The position numbers and the translations under genes are program-made. A stretch of DNA of 63,155 nucleotides, filler included, from Octopus bimaculoides (taxonomy: Eukaryota), in the NCBI RefSeq assembly GCF_001194135.2. It is 4 parts of 4 records of this genome, joined end to end, with 100 filler letters (N's around TTAATTAATTAA, not from the genome) between each part and the next. Parts side by side here need not be neighbours in the genome. Positions count along the whole stretch, not along the records: positions 30,644 to 38,232 come from NC_068986.1; positions 38,333 to 63,155 come from NC_068992.1; 2 more parts are not named here. The stretch is one strand, 5' to 3'. The notes under the pieces were generated by a model. It was not told where the DNA came from. It ran no database searches and saw nothing but the letters and a program-made list of their open reading frames with translations. How positions within the stretch are numbered: position 1 is the first letter of the stretch; the number at the start of each line of letters is the position of its first letter. Below, piece by piece: positions 36,490-49,185 of this stretch.

Positions 36490-37620
36490 ACTGGGATTAT
36501 AGATTAAGTTGATATTGAATTTGTTCAGCTGCAAATTGATATCTGTCAGAAAAATGGAGTCATGAAGAAATTCTGAAAGGTTGACATTCTGAAAGAGAAA
36601 GGGCTGGGTAAAGTGACAAATGCATATCTTGGGAGTGGGGACATAGATTGGATGACAAGTGAGCATAGGTAGTTATGTGCAACTAGTTAAGTTTTGAGGA
36701 AAAGTTGAGTGATAGTGCAAAGAGACAGTACATCAGTTGGAGTGCTTTGGGAAGTGAGTCTTTACTGATCCATCAAATTACTTAGACTTAATCAAAAATG
36801 ATTTTGTGTGTTGTAATAGTAGTAGGGCTGCTCTGAATATGGGAGCAATACTCCATTGTAGGTCTCACTTAGACTTTGCAGAGCATCAACAATTACTTTG
36901 GGTTCAACTATTTTCTGCTTTTAAAGAGGAAAGCTGGTCTTTGGGATGCAGCTTTTACTTTCTCTTAAATTTTGGCTCATCAAAAAAAGTCATCAGCATT
37001 CATTGTAACTTTGAGGGTTTTAACTGTGAGGTGTATGTGATTAGATAGATTGATGTAGAAGATTGTTTCTTTGATATGTGCAGTCATTGTGTCTTTGTGT
37101 TGTTAAAGAAATAATATAGTCATGGCCCTATTGGAGAATATTTGCTAAGTTTCTGTTTGGCGAGAAAATTCATGTTTGATATAGTGTTTAGACCGATGTG
37201 GATGATGCCTATGTATATAAAAAATTAAGAAAATATGATGGATGGTATCATCTGTAAAGTCAAACACAGTGAGATGTACAGCAAGAAGAGGAAAAATCTG
37301 GGAATGTAACCAAACTTTTGGACATACTATAGTTATTAGAATGTAGGAGAATCTTGCCTGTGCATACTGCAACGGTAGGATGTAACATGAAGCTTTTGAT
37401 CCAAGAAATCAGTCACTTGAAGCCAGGAGACTTTCACACCTTTAACAGACAAATGTTGTTTTGATATCAAGTGCAATGATATTGTTTTTGCTGAATTTCT
37501 CAGAGAAGTGGGATTATCGGTAGGCAACAAAGGAAAGCAGGTCCTTGATAGAATTGACTCTGTAGAATCTATACTGGTGGCCAATAAGGAAGCAGAGAAA
37601 CTCAAATTGTGGGGAAGATA
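36490..37620 (-). mobile_element. Highly decayed CR1/L2/Jockey-group LINE RT
   Basis: Minus frames: W..VTDFLDQK, LFLLYIS, FTDDT, and VRPTMEYCSH (36842-36868). Confidence 0.7.
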
Positions 37621-37780
37621 TTTTTTTACTTTTTGGTGAATAACTAAGTATTTTGTTTTTTGACATATTAACGATTAAGGTTAGATAGTTCTTCTAGAAC
37701 CACAACTTTTTTGTGGCATCTCACCTGGTTCTTCACTGGAAAACAGAACAATAGCATAAAAAATCCCCATACTCACTCAC

Positions 37781-37833
37781 CTCATCCTGAACCTCTGTGA
37801 TACCATTTCTAGAACTGTAATAAATTGTAGGGG
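37781..37833 (-). CDS. Weak candidate exon (phase 1-0): PTIYYSSRNGITEVQDE
   Basis: Acceptor tactctcttgtcAG and donor GAG|GTGAGT, open frame; not phase-compatible directly after the TM exon. Confidence 0.25.
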
Positions 37834-38198
37834 CTGACAAGAGAGTATTGGTGATAACATAACGGACTTACCTTGATTACATTAAGTTTACAGTTTATAA
37901 TTTTTTACAGCTTTCAATGACTTAAAACCACTCAACTATTAAGTAGTACCAGTGGCAGTCAGGTAGTTAGAGACAAACAGAGAAGGAAACTGCTTTTCTC
38001 TGGAGTACAACATAATAATAGCTACAAAATGGTTTGAACTCATTCAACACTATAACACTATAAATTCAAATGTCACTTGACATTTTATAAATTAATATAC
38101 AATACATAATGCCTAATATATGTATATATATGTGTGTGTGTGTGTATGTATGTATATATATATATATATATATGTATGTGTATATATATATATATATG

Positions 38199-38232
<34 letters not shown>

Positions 38233-38389
38233 NNNNNNNNNNNNNNNNNNNNNNNNNNNNNNNNNNNNNNNNNNNNTTAATTAATTAANNNNNNNNNNNN
38301 NNNNNNNNNNNNNNNNNNNNNNNNNNNNNNNNCAGCATGCTAACCATTTTGCCACCGCCTTCTTAATAGTGATAATAATGATCCTTTCT

Positions 38390-38606
38390 ACTATAGGCAC
38401 AGGGCCTGAAATTTGGGGGCGGGGAACTAGTCGATTTCATCAACCCCAGTATGTAACTGGTACTAATTTTATCAACCCTGAAGGGATAAAAGGCAAAGTC
38501 GACCGCGGCACAATTTGAACTCAGAACATAATGGCAAATGAAATACTTCTTAGCATTTCGCCCGGCATGCTAACGGTTCTGCTAGCCTGCCACTTTAATA
38601 ATAATG

Positions 38607-38645
<39 letters not shown>

Positions 38646-38800
38646 GTACTAATGATTTCAAATTTTGGCACAAGGCCAGTAATTTTGGGGAAGTGGGTAA
38701 ATCAATAACATCAACCCCAGTAGTCAACTGGTACTTATTTTATCGACTTTGAAAGGATGAAAGGCAAAGTTGACCTTGGCAGAATTTGAACTCAGAAGGT
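38390..38800 (-). mobile_element. Two tandem tRNA-derived SINEs (family B) separated by (AAT)n
   Basis: AACTGGTACT..GATGAAAGGCAAAGTCGACC..AATTTGAACTCAGAAC at 38390-38591 and 38655-38800. Confidence 0.85.
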
Positions 38801-39570
38801 GGATGAGATTTTGGAGTTGTCAGAAACAGTAAAATGCTGTGATATTTTATCTAGACCTGTGTCTTGTATGATCTGAGTTCAAGCTCTGATGGTGGAATCT
38901 GGTTTATTTTTTTCTGCTGTTGGTGTGACACTGACAAAATATATGCTAGACATATTTGGGAATTGATATTTGATCAAAGCAATTACACTATTTTGTTACA
39001 AATGTGGGGCCTTGTATGAATGGGGAAAATCTTTAATTCATCTTAAATAATATCAGTAGCACTGGACACTGAGTTAGATTGATAGAAAAAGCAGACAAAT
39101 CCCCTTCGAATCAAAAGCTATCATCTTATTTAAGGACAAGATATACTAGATTGTGTAGCACAACATATCTCTAAAAAGTCGAGATGGTCAAGGCTGGAAT
39201 GACTTTTTTCATATGTCTGCTTGCTCAGTGTTGGCCTAAGGGGCTAAACAACAACGCACAGCTATAACAACAAGAGCAACAGCATGAACACAAGAAGACA
39301 AAAGCAATAACAACAGCGAAAACAACAGCAAGTGTACCAAACAACAAAAAAAAACCCAGCAACAACAATAAAAACACCAGCAATAATAACAATTACAACA
39401 ATAGCAACAACAGTTAAGTTCCATCAATCCAGTATCCAGTAATTTAGCAGATTCAAATGATTGCTTCTTTTGTTGTGCTTCACCAATTTTTCTTCCAAAG
39501 TATGATTACAGGCCACTGATGTCCCCCCATTATTGTTTATGAGGAATTTCAAAAGGACAGTGGCCAGTGC

Positions 39571-39795
39571 TTAACCCTTTAGCATTTAAACAGCCCATAT
39601 CCACTCAAAATAATCTACCTGTTTTATCTTCAAACTGGCCAGATCTGACCCCTCACACTTACTCTACACTGTTACTCTAAAAATAAACAATCACATTAAA
39701 ATGTCAAAGCTACAAGATAATGCATGATTAATTCAAATCAATGTGAATAAATAAGCTTTACATTCGACACAGGAATTTGAATACTAAATGGTTAA
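39571..39795. mobile_element. piggyBac-type MITE
   Basis: TTAA-CCCTTTAGCATT ... AATACTAAATGG-TTAA. Confidence 0.8.
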
Positions 39796-39879
39796 ATCGC
39801 TCATGTCTCTCTTTATCTACTTATATACATACCCTCTATTAGTGAAAATGTTCTCCAATTGTTATAAAAGTAACTAATT

Positions 39880-40130
39880 TAGTGTGAAGGTGTGTAACTT
39901 AGTGGTAAGGGTGTGTGGACTCGTGAGTGTAAGATTGTGGTTTCAATTCCTGGACTGGATGACACATCGTGTTCTTGAGCAAAACACTTCATTTCACATT
40001 GCCAGAGTACTCAGTTGACAAAAATAAGTATTTCCTGCAATAGACTGGTGTCCCATCCGGGGGGAAGAAATTTATGCACCATGGAAACCAGAAGATTGAT
40101 GCTAAGAGTCTATATTACCCAGGAAAGATC
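39880..40130 (+). mobile_element. SINE, family D-like head with GACTGGTGTCCCATCC tail
   Basis: tRNA-like head, GTTCTTGAGCAAAACAC core. Confidence 0.7.
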
Positions 40131-40157
40131 TTTATCCGAACTAATTTAGTAAAAGTA

Positions 40158-40353
40158 TGAAAAGAAAGAATGTAACTTTCACTTAGTATTTGGAATTGAA
40201 ATTAAACAATGTTTGAAAAGTGGTGAGAATTGTATTGGTATCACGTGTGAACATAATATAGGTCCTTTGACAATTTATGACATTGTGAAACCAAAATACA
40301 AGTTTATAAAATTTATAACTGATTCAAAGACAAGTAAAATGTTGATGTGTGTC

Positions 40354-40384
<31 letters not shown>

Positions 40385-40620
40385 TTCAGAATGAGATGCT
40401 GGGGGTTTATTTGGATTAGTGCAAAGTTATCTGAGAGTATGTCAATTTCAGCTTCAATGGTTATTGAAAATATCAAGCAATTACATGAAGATAAGAGTAT
40501 TATGGAAAGTTGTGAGTTTGTAGATGGTTAGTTTAGAAACTTTAAAATTTAGAGCATGACATTCATAAACCCAATTTTTCTGACAAAAAGAAGGCAGCAG
40601 ATATTGCTAAATGATACAGT
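40158..40620 (+). mobile_element. pogo/Jerky-type transposase N-terminal (HTH-psq/CENP-B) remnant, interrupted by poly(A)
   Basis: MKRK.V, LKSGE..IG..TIYDIVK, W..AK..S.S.SMVIE..KQ, DG*F.NFK, KAAD. Confidence 0.7.
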
Positions 40621-40883
40621 TACATATTTGGGGACCTCGTGAAAACCCCGCCCCAAAAAACCAAATAATTTTTTTAAGATTGATTTTCAATCTACCAAGT
40701 GTTACTCAAGCAGTACTCAAGTTTCAAGGGTGCTGTATTAGTGGAACTCGAATGTAACCACAAGAACACTACAGCACCAGCAACAACAACAACAACAACA
40801 ACAACAACTGCAATAATGACAACAACAATAGCCACAATAACAACATCATTTGCAACAACTATATCTCAATTAGGCGTATTTAC

Positions 40884-40971
40884 CTGATTCTTATGATTGC
40901 TGCTACCAGGAAGAACAAACCTATTACTGACGAGCAGGTGACAATGATGAACATCTGGGTGCGGCTGAGTC
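40884..40971 (-). CDS. Candidate transmembrane exon (phase 1-2): GLSRTQMFIIVTCSSVIGLFFLVAAIIRIR
   Basis: Very long polypyrimidine tract ending ctactcccAG, donor ATCAG|GTAAAT, 88 nt, ~21-residue hydrophobic helix followed by basic residues. Confidence 0.78.
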
Positions 40972-41097
40972 CTGGGAGTAGGGTAGAAAGGGAGAGAGAG
41001 AGAGAGAGAGAGGTGGGGAGAGACAGAGTGAAAGAAAGAGAAAAAATAAATTAAAGGGGACGACACAATTGTTTGATTTTTAATATCAATATAAAGT

Positions 41098-41388
41098 ACC
41101 ATCATCATCATGGTCATCATCATCATCATCGTCACCACCACCACCACCACCATCACCATCATTATCACCAATGCCAACAATATCACCACCACCACCACCA
41201 CCACAACCATCAACATCATCATATTGACTATTGTCATCACCGCCAACACCACCATCATGGCGATCAGCCCCCACCATCATCACCACCACCACCACCACCA
41301 CCACCACCATCACCATAGCGATCACCACCACTGCAATTACCATCATCATCATTGTTGTCATTCTGTGCTCCTCGTCCTTATTGTCATC
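41098..41388. repeat. (CAT)n/(CAC)n trinucleotide tract; similar tracts at ~8800-8940, 51370-51540, 51590-51950 and 62235-62298
   Basis: Direct reading; source of the poly-His/Met/Asp pseudo-ORFs. Confidence 0.95.
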
Positions 41389-41924
41389 NNNNNNNNNNNN
41401 NNNNNNNNNNNNNNNNNNNNNNNNNNNNNNNNNNNNNNNNNNNNNNNNNNNNNNNNNNNNNNNNNNNNNNNNNNNNNNNNNNNNNNNNNNNNNNNNNNNN
41501 NNNNNNNNNNNNNNNNNNNNNNNNNNNNNNNNNNNNNNNNNNNNNNNNNNNNNNNNNNNNNNNNNNNNNNNNNNNNNNNNNNNNNNNNNNNNNNNNNNNG
41601 GCTGAAATATCTTTTATGTTAGGTCTGCTCATCCAGGGAATAACTGAGAATATCCAGGGAATATCTGGGACTAAATGATGACAAGTGCATCGACATGTCA
41701 AATAGTAAATATATTTTAAGTCAGGGGGGGGGGTCTGCAAACTATGGCCCACAACCTCGTTTCAGCAAAATCTTGTACAACTTAACTGAATATATAACTG
41801 CATGGCTGAGCGAATAAGATTTGGTAGCATGTACCATGCTTTTGCTAACTGCTTTTAGCGTTTATGTGGCTGTGAGAAAACTGAGGCATCCTCTCAGTTC
41901 CATCATTCTTGAGTAAGGGGGAAA

Positions 41925-42120
41925 ATACATGATATAACACCTGGAGTGAGAGAGAGGGCTACTCAATGACCTGGTTGTGGCTCATTTACAGCCAAGTAGC
42001 TTGAGACAATGTGAAACGAAGTGCCTTACTCAAAGATACAATATACTGCCTGCACCAAGAATTGAACCCAGTACTTAATGATAATGAGCCAAACTAGCCT
42101 ATCCACTGGGCCACACACCA
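41925..42120 (-). mobile_element. SINE fragment (D-like)
   Basis: GTGCCTTACTCAAG..AAGAATTGAACCC. Confidence 0.6.
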
Positions 42121-42374
42121 CTGAAACTGAATGCAGAAATGTATTTAGTAAGGCACTGTAAGGTATTGGTCATTCCATTGAGTTCTTTATTTCAGCTAGC
42201 TTTCAACTGCAATAATGAAACCAATAATTTATTAATTAACTAATTAACTAGTTATAATTAATCTTGTTAATTATGCCAATTATTATTATTGAAACCATCA
42301 TTCAGACCAAAAACGATTTCTCTGCACTGGAGGCTAAATGGACAAAGCAATACTTAATTACTACACTTTGTACA

Positions 42375-42590
42375 GACTTATTGGTCTTAAATTTTGGCAC
42401 AAGGCCAGCAGATTTGGGGGGAAGGGGGCTAGTCAATTACATGGACCCCAGTACTCAACTGGTACTTATTTTATCGACCCCCAAAAGGATGAAAAGCAAA
42501 GTCAACCTTGGCGAAATTTGAACTCAGAATGTAAAAATGGATGGAATGCTGCTAAGCATTTTTGCCTGGCATGTTAACGATTCTGCCTGC
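42375..42590 (-). mobile_element. SINE family B
   Basis: Same motifs. Confidence 0.85.
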
Positions 42591-42674
42591 TCGTTATCTT
42601 GTTAATTTAGACATGTTGGTCACAAGTTCAGTGTGGGAGCAATGACTGACCTTTCCCTTATTGCTTTAACTCAC

Positions 42675-42883
42675 AGTACCGAGTTCAAAATCTCCCTCAG
42701 GCTTGAAGAAAAGCAGTAGTTATGTGGTGGGGTGGGTATGTGCGGTAACATCACATCGCTGCATCCACCATCTGTTGGTGATTCCCTACTTCTGGTAGAT
42801 GACCCCTTTGCACCGTTCAAGCGACAACCTTCCAGCTCAAGGGTCTCTTTTGGGTAGTCGTCACTGGTGAAGGTCTTGCAAAG
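42675..42883 (-). CDS. Candidate exon / GC-rich open frame (LCKTFTSDDYPKETLELEGCRLNG...EILNSV)
   Basis: Island visibly richer in GC and CpG than its flanks; acceptor tttgcacttcAG; open 69 codons ending at a GTGAGT donor or at TGA 42671. Phases (0-2) do not fit its neighbours. Confidence 0.35.
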
Positions 42884-43446
42884 CTGAAGTGCAAACCCCA
42901 CCTCAACCTCTTTTAGCTACCTTTTATGATACAGAAGAAATGTTGGGTACATTCTTTGACATGTCAATCTCCACACATCACAAGAAGAAAACCATAGGGA
43001 ATATCTCTTATGGATCTTTTCTGAAATTGTTGAATGTATACAAATTCTTCTGTAACGTCCAAACTGTTTAATGCAGTTGGAGAAAATTGCTTCTTTATGT
43101 AAAGTTAAATGCACAGGCTAATGTACACATGTGCACACACATATAAAGCACAAATATGTTGTATATAATGGATGGTAAGTGCTTACATCTGTATATTACA
43201 AATAGTGTTGGCTAAAATCTATAGATATATTCTATAGTTGAGTGATTCATTAATGAAATCTTTTATATATATATATATATAGGTTAGTTGAGTTAGAGGT
43301 TAAAGTAACTGTCTAAGGGATAGACGTATCCATTACTACCGGTATATTACCTATAGTTAACCATGGGCATACATATGCAAACATATTATGCTCATAGGTT
43401 ATAGGTAAAGACAAGGATAAACATGGGTTTATCAAGAATCAAAATT

Positions 43447-43856
43447 TAAAGAAAACAGAAAATTGGGAAGTACTGATGAACAACAATTGACTTACATCAT
43501 TTATTATTTATTAATTCAATACAAATAGACTGTACCTATCTAACAGCTGTTTCTGCTTCCAATGTTGTATGGTATTGCCATTGATATGCAAAAATATATA
43601 AAAAATATTAATCATATTTGGTAATAAAACCAATCTGAAACAAGGTGGCCATAATTAGAGACTACTGGTTGCAGTACACCCCAAAAAACGATTAATATTT
43701 TGACATATTTTTGCCTATCAATGGCAATACCATACAACATAGGAAGCAGAAACTGCTGTTAGATGGGATGCAGTCTACTTACGTTGAATTAATGAATAAT
43801 AATTGATGTAAGTCAATTGTTGTTCATCAGTACTTCTCCATTTCCTGTTTTCTTTA
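43447..43856. repeat. Foldback element/MITE, ~170-bp arms with ~60-bp spacer, TA-terminated
   Basis: TAAAGAAAACAG..AAATATTAATC / GATTAATATTT..CTGTTTTCTTTA. Confidence 0.9.
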
Positions 43857-45455
43857 TATATATATGTGTGTGTGTGTGTGTTTATACATATGTATATATA
43901 CATATGTATGTATATTTATATGTATGCATATNNNNNNNNNNNNNNNNNNNNNNNNNNNNNNNNNTATATATATATATATATATATGTATATGTATATAGT
44001 CTATTTAGGATTCAGGCTGGTCCAATAGCCTATTACTGTGTGGTAAGAAGTTTGGTTCCCAACCACATAGTTCTGGGTTCAGTCCCGCTTTCATTCATGC
44101 AGTTGAAAAAAACTGCATTATTTATGGGATGACCAAATATATGAAGAATTGATAAAGATATATGAGAATGAGATGTATGTTAGGTAAAGTTGGTTTGTAT
44201 GTTGTTGTTGTTAGTGGTAGCTTGACCCAAACTGACTGAACTGAGCTATGATTAAAAACTTTCTGGCCCTTACAATCTTAATATTTTAAAGGCATGGACT
44301 ATTAAGGTATGGAATTGTTTAAAGGCATCTAGGACTATTACATCCAATCCGTTTGTTTCCTTGTCGTAAGATGTTTGTGCAGATTTGCATGAGATTTAGT
44401 TTTTATTTCCAGCAGATTGAGTGACTACATAGAAACTGAGTTATATGATGAGTAAACCTAACACAACATTATCTGAAACGCAATAAAATGGTTGCTTAAT
44501 ACCTACATGAAGATTTTTGTGGATTATCTTAAGAAGGTAAACCACATGCTTAATGAAACTAAAGAATTATTTGAATTATTCTGCCTTCAATATGCCACAA
44601 TGATAAAAGAACTGCTTTAGAATAGCTCTGAAGCACTTAGTTTAGATTATGTTAAACAATACATGAAAGAAATTCCCAATAGATCATTTACTAATCAAAG
44701 AAAGATAAAAAAAATGCTTCCTTAAAGTAAACAGATTCTTTAATGCAACATGAAATGAAGAAAGTTCTTGTCTGATACAATCTTTGTTCTGCAATACAAA
44801 TAATACAATATACAGTACAGTCATTTATGTGACTAATCTGTCTGCAAGTGCAAGCTATGTGCTTTTGACTAATATTTAAACACTCTCTAGATCTGTTTGA
44901 GTAGTTACCATATTTACTGTCTCATGTTCAAACTAAGAATTTAATTACTTCCATCAGAAAAGTCTTTCTGTTCCATCTGGTAGATTGGGAAATACAGCAA
45001 AGTTTAAATAATAGTCAAAAGCAAGCCAGCATGGGAGTCTTGATTTAGTGACTCAATCTGGCAGAAACAGCAGTAAAGTTTCCCTAAAATTGACCCTACT
45101 GTATTAAAAGAATGTAAAATGAATTACCCTTAAAAACGAGATGGTCATAGTTGGAATGATTTTGATGTTAGCTTTATTAAACAAAAGCTGACATGGTTTA
45201 AACAAGAATAAAAGAATTAAAAGCTTCCACACAAAGACCTGTTTAGGTCTAGCCAAGTGAAATCTAATTCTAAAAGACCACTGTTGTCTGCTATACCGAA
45301 ATTGTAGAAGATTATTGTCATCTGCCTTACCAAAATTGCAAATTCACTGTTACCTGCTGCATGAAAATTGTAAAAGACTATTGTTATTTGCTGCACCAAA
45401 ATTGTAAAAGATTATTGTTAACTGTGTCTGCCTTTTCAAAATTGTATGTGTGTGT

Positions 45456-45493
<38 letters not shown>

Positions 45494-45495
<2 letters not shown>

Positions 45496-45692
45496 TCTTT
45501 TACTTGTTTCAGTCATTTGACTGTGGCCATGCTGGAGCACCGCCTTTAGTCAAGCAAATTGACCCCAGGACTTATTCTTTGTAAGCCTAGTTCTTATTCT
45601 ATCGGTCTCTTTTGCCGAACTGCTAAGTTACAGGGATGTAAACACACCAGCATCGGTTGTCAAGAGATGTTGGGGGGACAAACACAGACACA

Positions 45693-45750
<58 letters not shown>

Positions 45751-45890
45751 CATACACATATATACGATGGGCTTTCAGTTTTTGTCTACCAAATCCACTC
45801 ACAAGGCTTTGGTCGGCCTGGAACCATGTGGTTGGTAAGCAAGCTACTTACCACACACCCCTCCTGCGCCTACTTACCATACAGCCACTC
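45494..45890 (-). mobile_element. tRNA-derived SINE (family C), well preserved, internal (CA)n(TA)n
   Basis: CCACATGGTTCC head..GGAAACTGAAAG..GGTGCTCCAGCATGGCCACAGTCAAATGACTGAAAC tail. Confidence 0.88.
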
Positions 45891-46010
45891 CTATATATAT
45901 ATATATATATATAGATGAAAGGTGGTTAGGAGTCCATACAAATCAAAAATTATAGTTAAAAAAGGTAAATAAACTTGGAAAAGGCACAAAAGTATATTTT
46001 AGAGGTTGCT

Positions 46011-46060
46011 TAATAAAATATTACTGGTTTCGATGTATCCATCTTATCAAATATTAGAAA
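46011..46060 (-). ncRNA. Minimal type I hammerhead ribozyme, U3-A8 core variant
   Basis: Minus strand: AATAT-TTGATAA-GATG(GATA)CATC-GAAA-CCAG-TA-ATATT, giving perfect stems I and II, a U3/A8 core and a UA cleavage site. Confidence 0.75.
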
Positions 46061-47184
46061 GTATTTTTGGGGAAGTTGGAAAGAAAAAACATTGGGTGGG
46101 GTGTGGGGGTTAACAGTCTGTACCCATATTTGAGTTCTTAATGAGAGTATTGTCAATACAAGGCATTTAGTAAAAAAGCTTCTTCAGGGATTCCAGCGAA
46201 ATTCTTAGTTACGCCATTTAAAAATATTTATAAACTAAATCCTTAAAATCGTTAATACTGTTATATACACTAACAAATGTATTCATATATAAAGTTTAAA
46301 AAGATTTTTCTTACATTTGATATATATATGATAAATGTTCACTAATACTATTTAATATAAAAGTTCCAGTGACTTACAGTGACATTCAGAATTTTTATTT
46401 AATAAATTCAAAGATTTACGATATATAGTTGACACAGCAATTATTTTTAAGGAATAAATATTTTCTGTAACTTGGGTTTCTTTGTATATAAAAAAAAAAA
46501 CTACTTTTTTAAAAAAACACATACAATTTAAATCTTTTAGGAATCTGGAAATTATTTAAGATTAAAAAAATGGAAAACATTTTGCACCAAATTTAGAAAC
46601 TGTTGCTACTACTACTACTACTACTGCTGCTGATGCAGTGGCAGTAGCTGTGGATGTTGTGTTTTTGTGATGAGCAGACATTTCCTAATGGTTCCAGAGT
46701 AGAATCGTATCTGCTATGTTTAATCTGATGGAAAGGAAGTTTGTTTTTCTATTTTATCTCATTTTGCCAATTAATGACTTTGAAACATTTAAGCATCTGC
46801 CCCCATTACACTGGAATGAAAATTTCTTAATATTTTGTATCTGCAAAAATATTTGTTTATTAGTGATTTAAGGCAGCAAGCTCTGAAGGTGGTGGGCGAT
46901 CATTTGAGGTGTACTAACCATGAAAATGTTAGCAGTGAATATGCCCCCTAAATATTAAGAAGAAAGAGGCTCTAAAAACTTTAAAACAGAGATAAAAAAA
47001 AATCCAGAGCATAAAGAAGGTAAAAAGAAGAAATAATGACGATGAAACAAATAATATTTGTAAATACAGAAATTAACACTTTGACAAGCTCAAGTGTTGA
47101 AAATGTCAGCTTAGAAAGAAAGACATCACCAAAAACAAAAGCAAGAGGTGTTTGTTTGTGCGGGTTGTGAGTTAGAAGGAAATA

Positions 47185-47680
47185 TTAGTGTCAAATTTTG
47201 ACAGAAGGCCGATAATTTTTTTGGGGGGGAGTTAAGTCGATTACATCAACTCCCAGTGCTCAACTGGTACTTATTTTATTGAACCCAAAAGGATGAAAAG
47301 CAAAGTCGACCTTGGTGGAATTTGAACTCAGAACATACAGGCAGATGAAACACTGCTAAACATATTGGCTGACATGCTAATGATTCTGCCAACGCACCAC
47401 CTCACTAAAGATGGAAAAATTAAACATGGGCCAGCTCCCATGAAGACAAGTAGCAGTGGTATGTCATGTAAGGCTATGCTTCCGTGTTTATTTTTCATGA
47501 AGGAAACTAATTCTGAGTTCAAATCCTGCCAAGGTCATTATTGCTTTTTATCTTTTCAGGGTTGATAAAATAAGTGCAAATCTAAATGCGGTATATTGGT
47601 AAAATTGTAAGAATGTCGGATCAGATGTCTTACAATATTTGTTCTGGTTTTTGCATTCTGAGTTCAAATCCTGCCAGAGC
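47185..47680. mobile_element. Cluster of family B SINEs (minus 47185-47400; plus 47460-47575; partial plus 47590-47680)
   Basis: GTCGACCTTGGTGGAATTTGAACTCAG and TTCTGAGTTCAAATCCTGCC motifs. Confidence 0.8.
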
Positions 47681-49135
47681 CTATGTGGGTAGTTGACAAA
47701 TTGTTTCCTGGGTTAACATCACCGCTAGGAACCTTGGAGAGCCTTTAGCAGAGTCCATTCTGTTGTAAGCAATTGGGTCTAGTCTCTGGTTTGAAGATCG
47801 CATCTTAGCTCCCTTCCACCAATATTGGAGACCCTGTAAAGTGTTATTGGCACTGTCTTTTACTCCTGACTAAAAGACACAAGCACATGCACCCAAATGA
47901 ACCCCCCCCCCAGGATTAAATTTCTTGCTTTACTTNNNNNNNNNNGTGGAAGGCTGCACCAGACTCCAATCTGATTTGGCATGGTTTTCTATGGCGCCAA
48001 CCACTCCGAGAGGGTAATGGGTGCTTTTACATGCTTCTCTGTGTCAATGAAGTGAAGTTAAGAGGAAATCCAGAATGTTGTGCTGCATGGTATATATTCC
48101 ATCAACCAATGCAGGACGTATGGAAGTGGCTACCTAATCTTTAAGACTGAGAACAAGGGAAAAAAAAACTGTGCGGGAGGAGGGGAACTAGTTGCACACT
48201 AACAGACCCATAGACTGGTGCTGTTATACATAGGAAGATGAAATACAAAGGCCAACATTATCTTTGTATTACAGCAAAAAGGTCATGGGGGTAGTGTAAC
48301 ATGCAACAATAATTGGTCAGGTAAGTTCCGCAAGAATATGTATGTCATTAATGAGGTCATGAATAGTGATGGAAAGACTTTAACAAAGAACCAAGTGATT
48401 GCTTGACCAGTACATTAAACAAATGATCGATTAGTTAGTCGGTTAGATATTCAACCAACTGACTAACAATAAAGAAGTGATATCGAACCAGTGCATGTGT
48501 TTATGATTATTGGCATTATGACCCTCCCAAGGCATAACAAGCTCTTTTTCCAAATACTGTGACTGTAACAATTATTTCTTGTGTAAACTTTATCTATGTA
48601 CATATTTCTATTCACAGATTTTTTTCTGATACCAGAAAATACCAGAAAAATAACTGGGTAGTGTTAGGGGTGTGAAGAGGCAGGGGGAATTTAATTAATA
48701 TTTTTAACTATGTCATAGTATTATACTAGAGCTACACGCAAGTGCTTAGGGGGTGTCTCAAGTCTTAGGAGGCTCGTTTTAACAATGGCTGTCATGAAAT
48801 GAAAATTGCTTAACAGTGAAAAAAATCAGGATTTGCTTACAGACATAGTTCACATATAGCTTACCTCTGATTTACTGTGATAATTGAATAAGATCGGTTG
48901 AATAAGAAACAGCCAATATCTTGAGAAGATAAATTACTTCTCATCTCAACCTAACAATACTTTATACAAATCTATTATTGTCAGTTTGCAGATATGGCTG
49001 TGCAAGTCTTTCCGGTTGATGGAGATAAATCTAATAATAAGAGATGTCATATTAATCTAAGAATAATCGACCGGAATCTTTTACAAATATACACCAACTA
49101 ATAAAAATACACAACATCAAAGTAAATACACACAC

Positions 49136-49185
<50 letters not shown>

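Noticed and set aside
37725-37735. 11-nt microexon candidate (strong acceptor, CAG|GTGAGA)
   Set aside because: Only 45 nt from the previous donor and phase-incompatible; such signals arise by chance at this scale.
41073-41622. Poly-His/poly-Asp/poly-Met ORFs (also 51204-51975 and 62158-62529)
   Set aside because: Trinucleotide microsatellites open in several frames on both strands; no splice or domain support.
48275-48326. Plus-strand 46-nt segment with tattacAG and CAG|GTAAGT
   Set aside because: Isolated; no partner exons or recognisable product.
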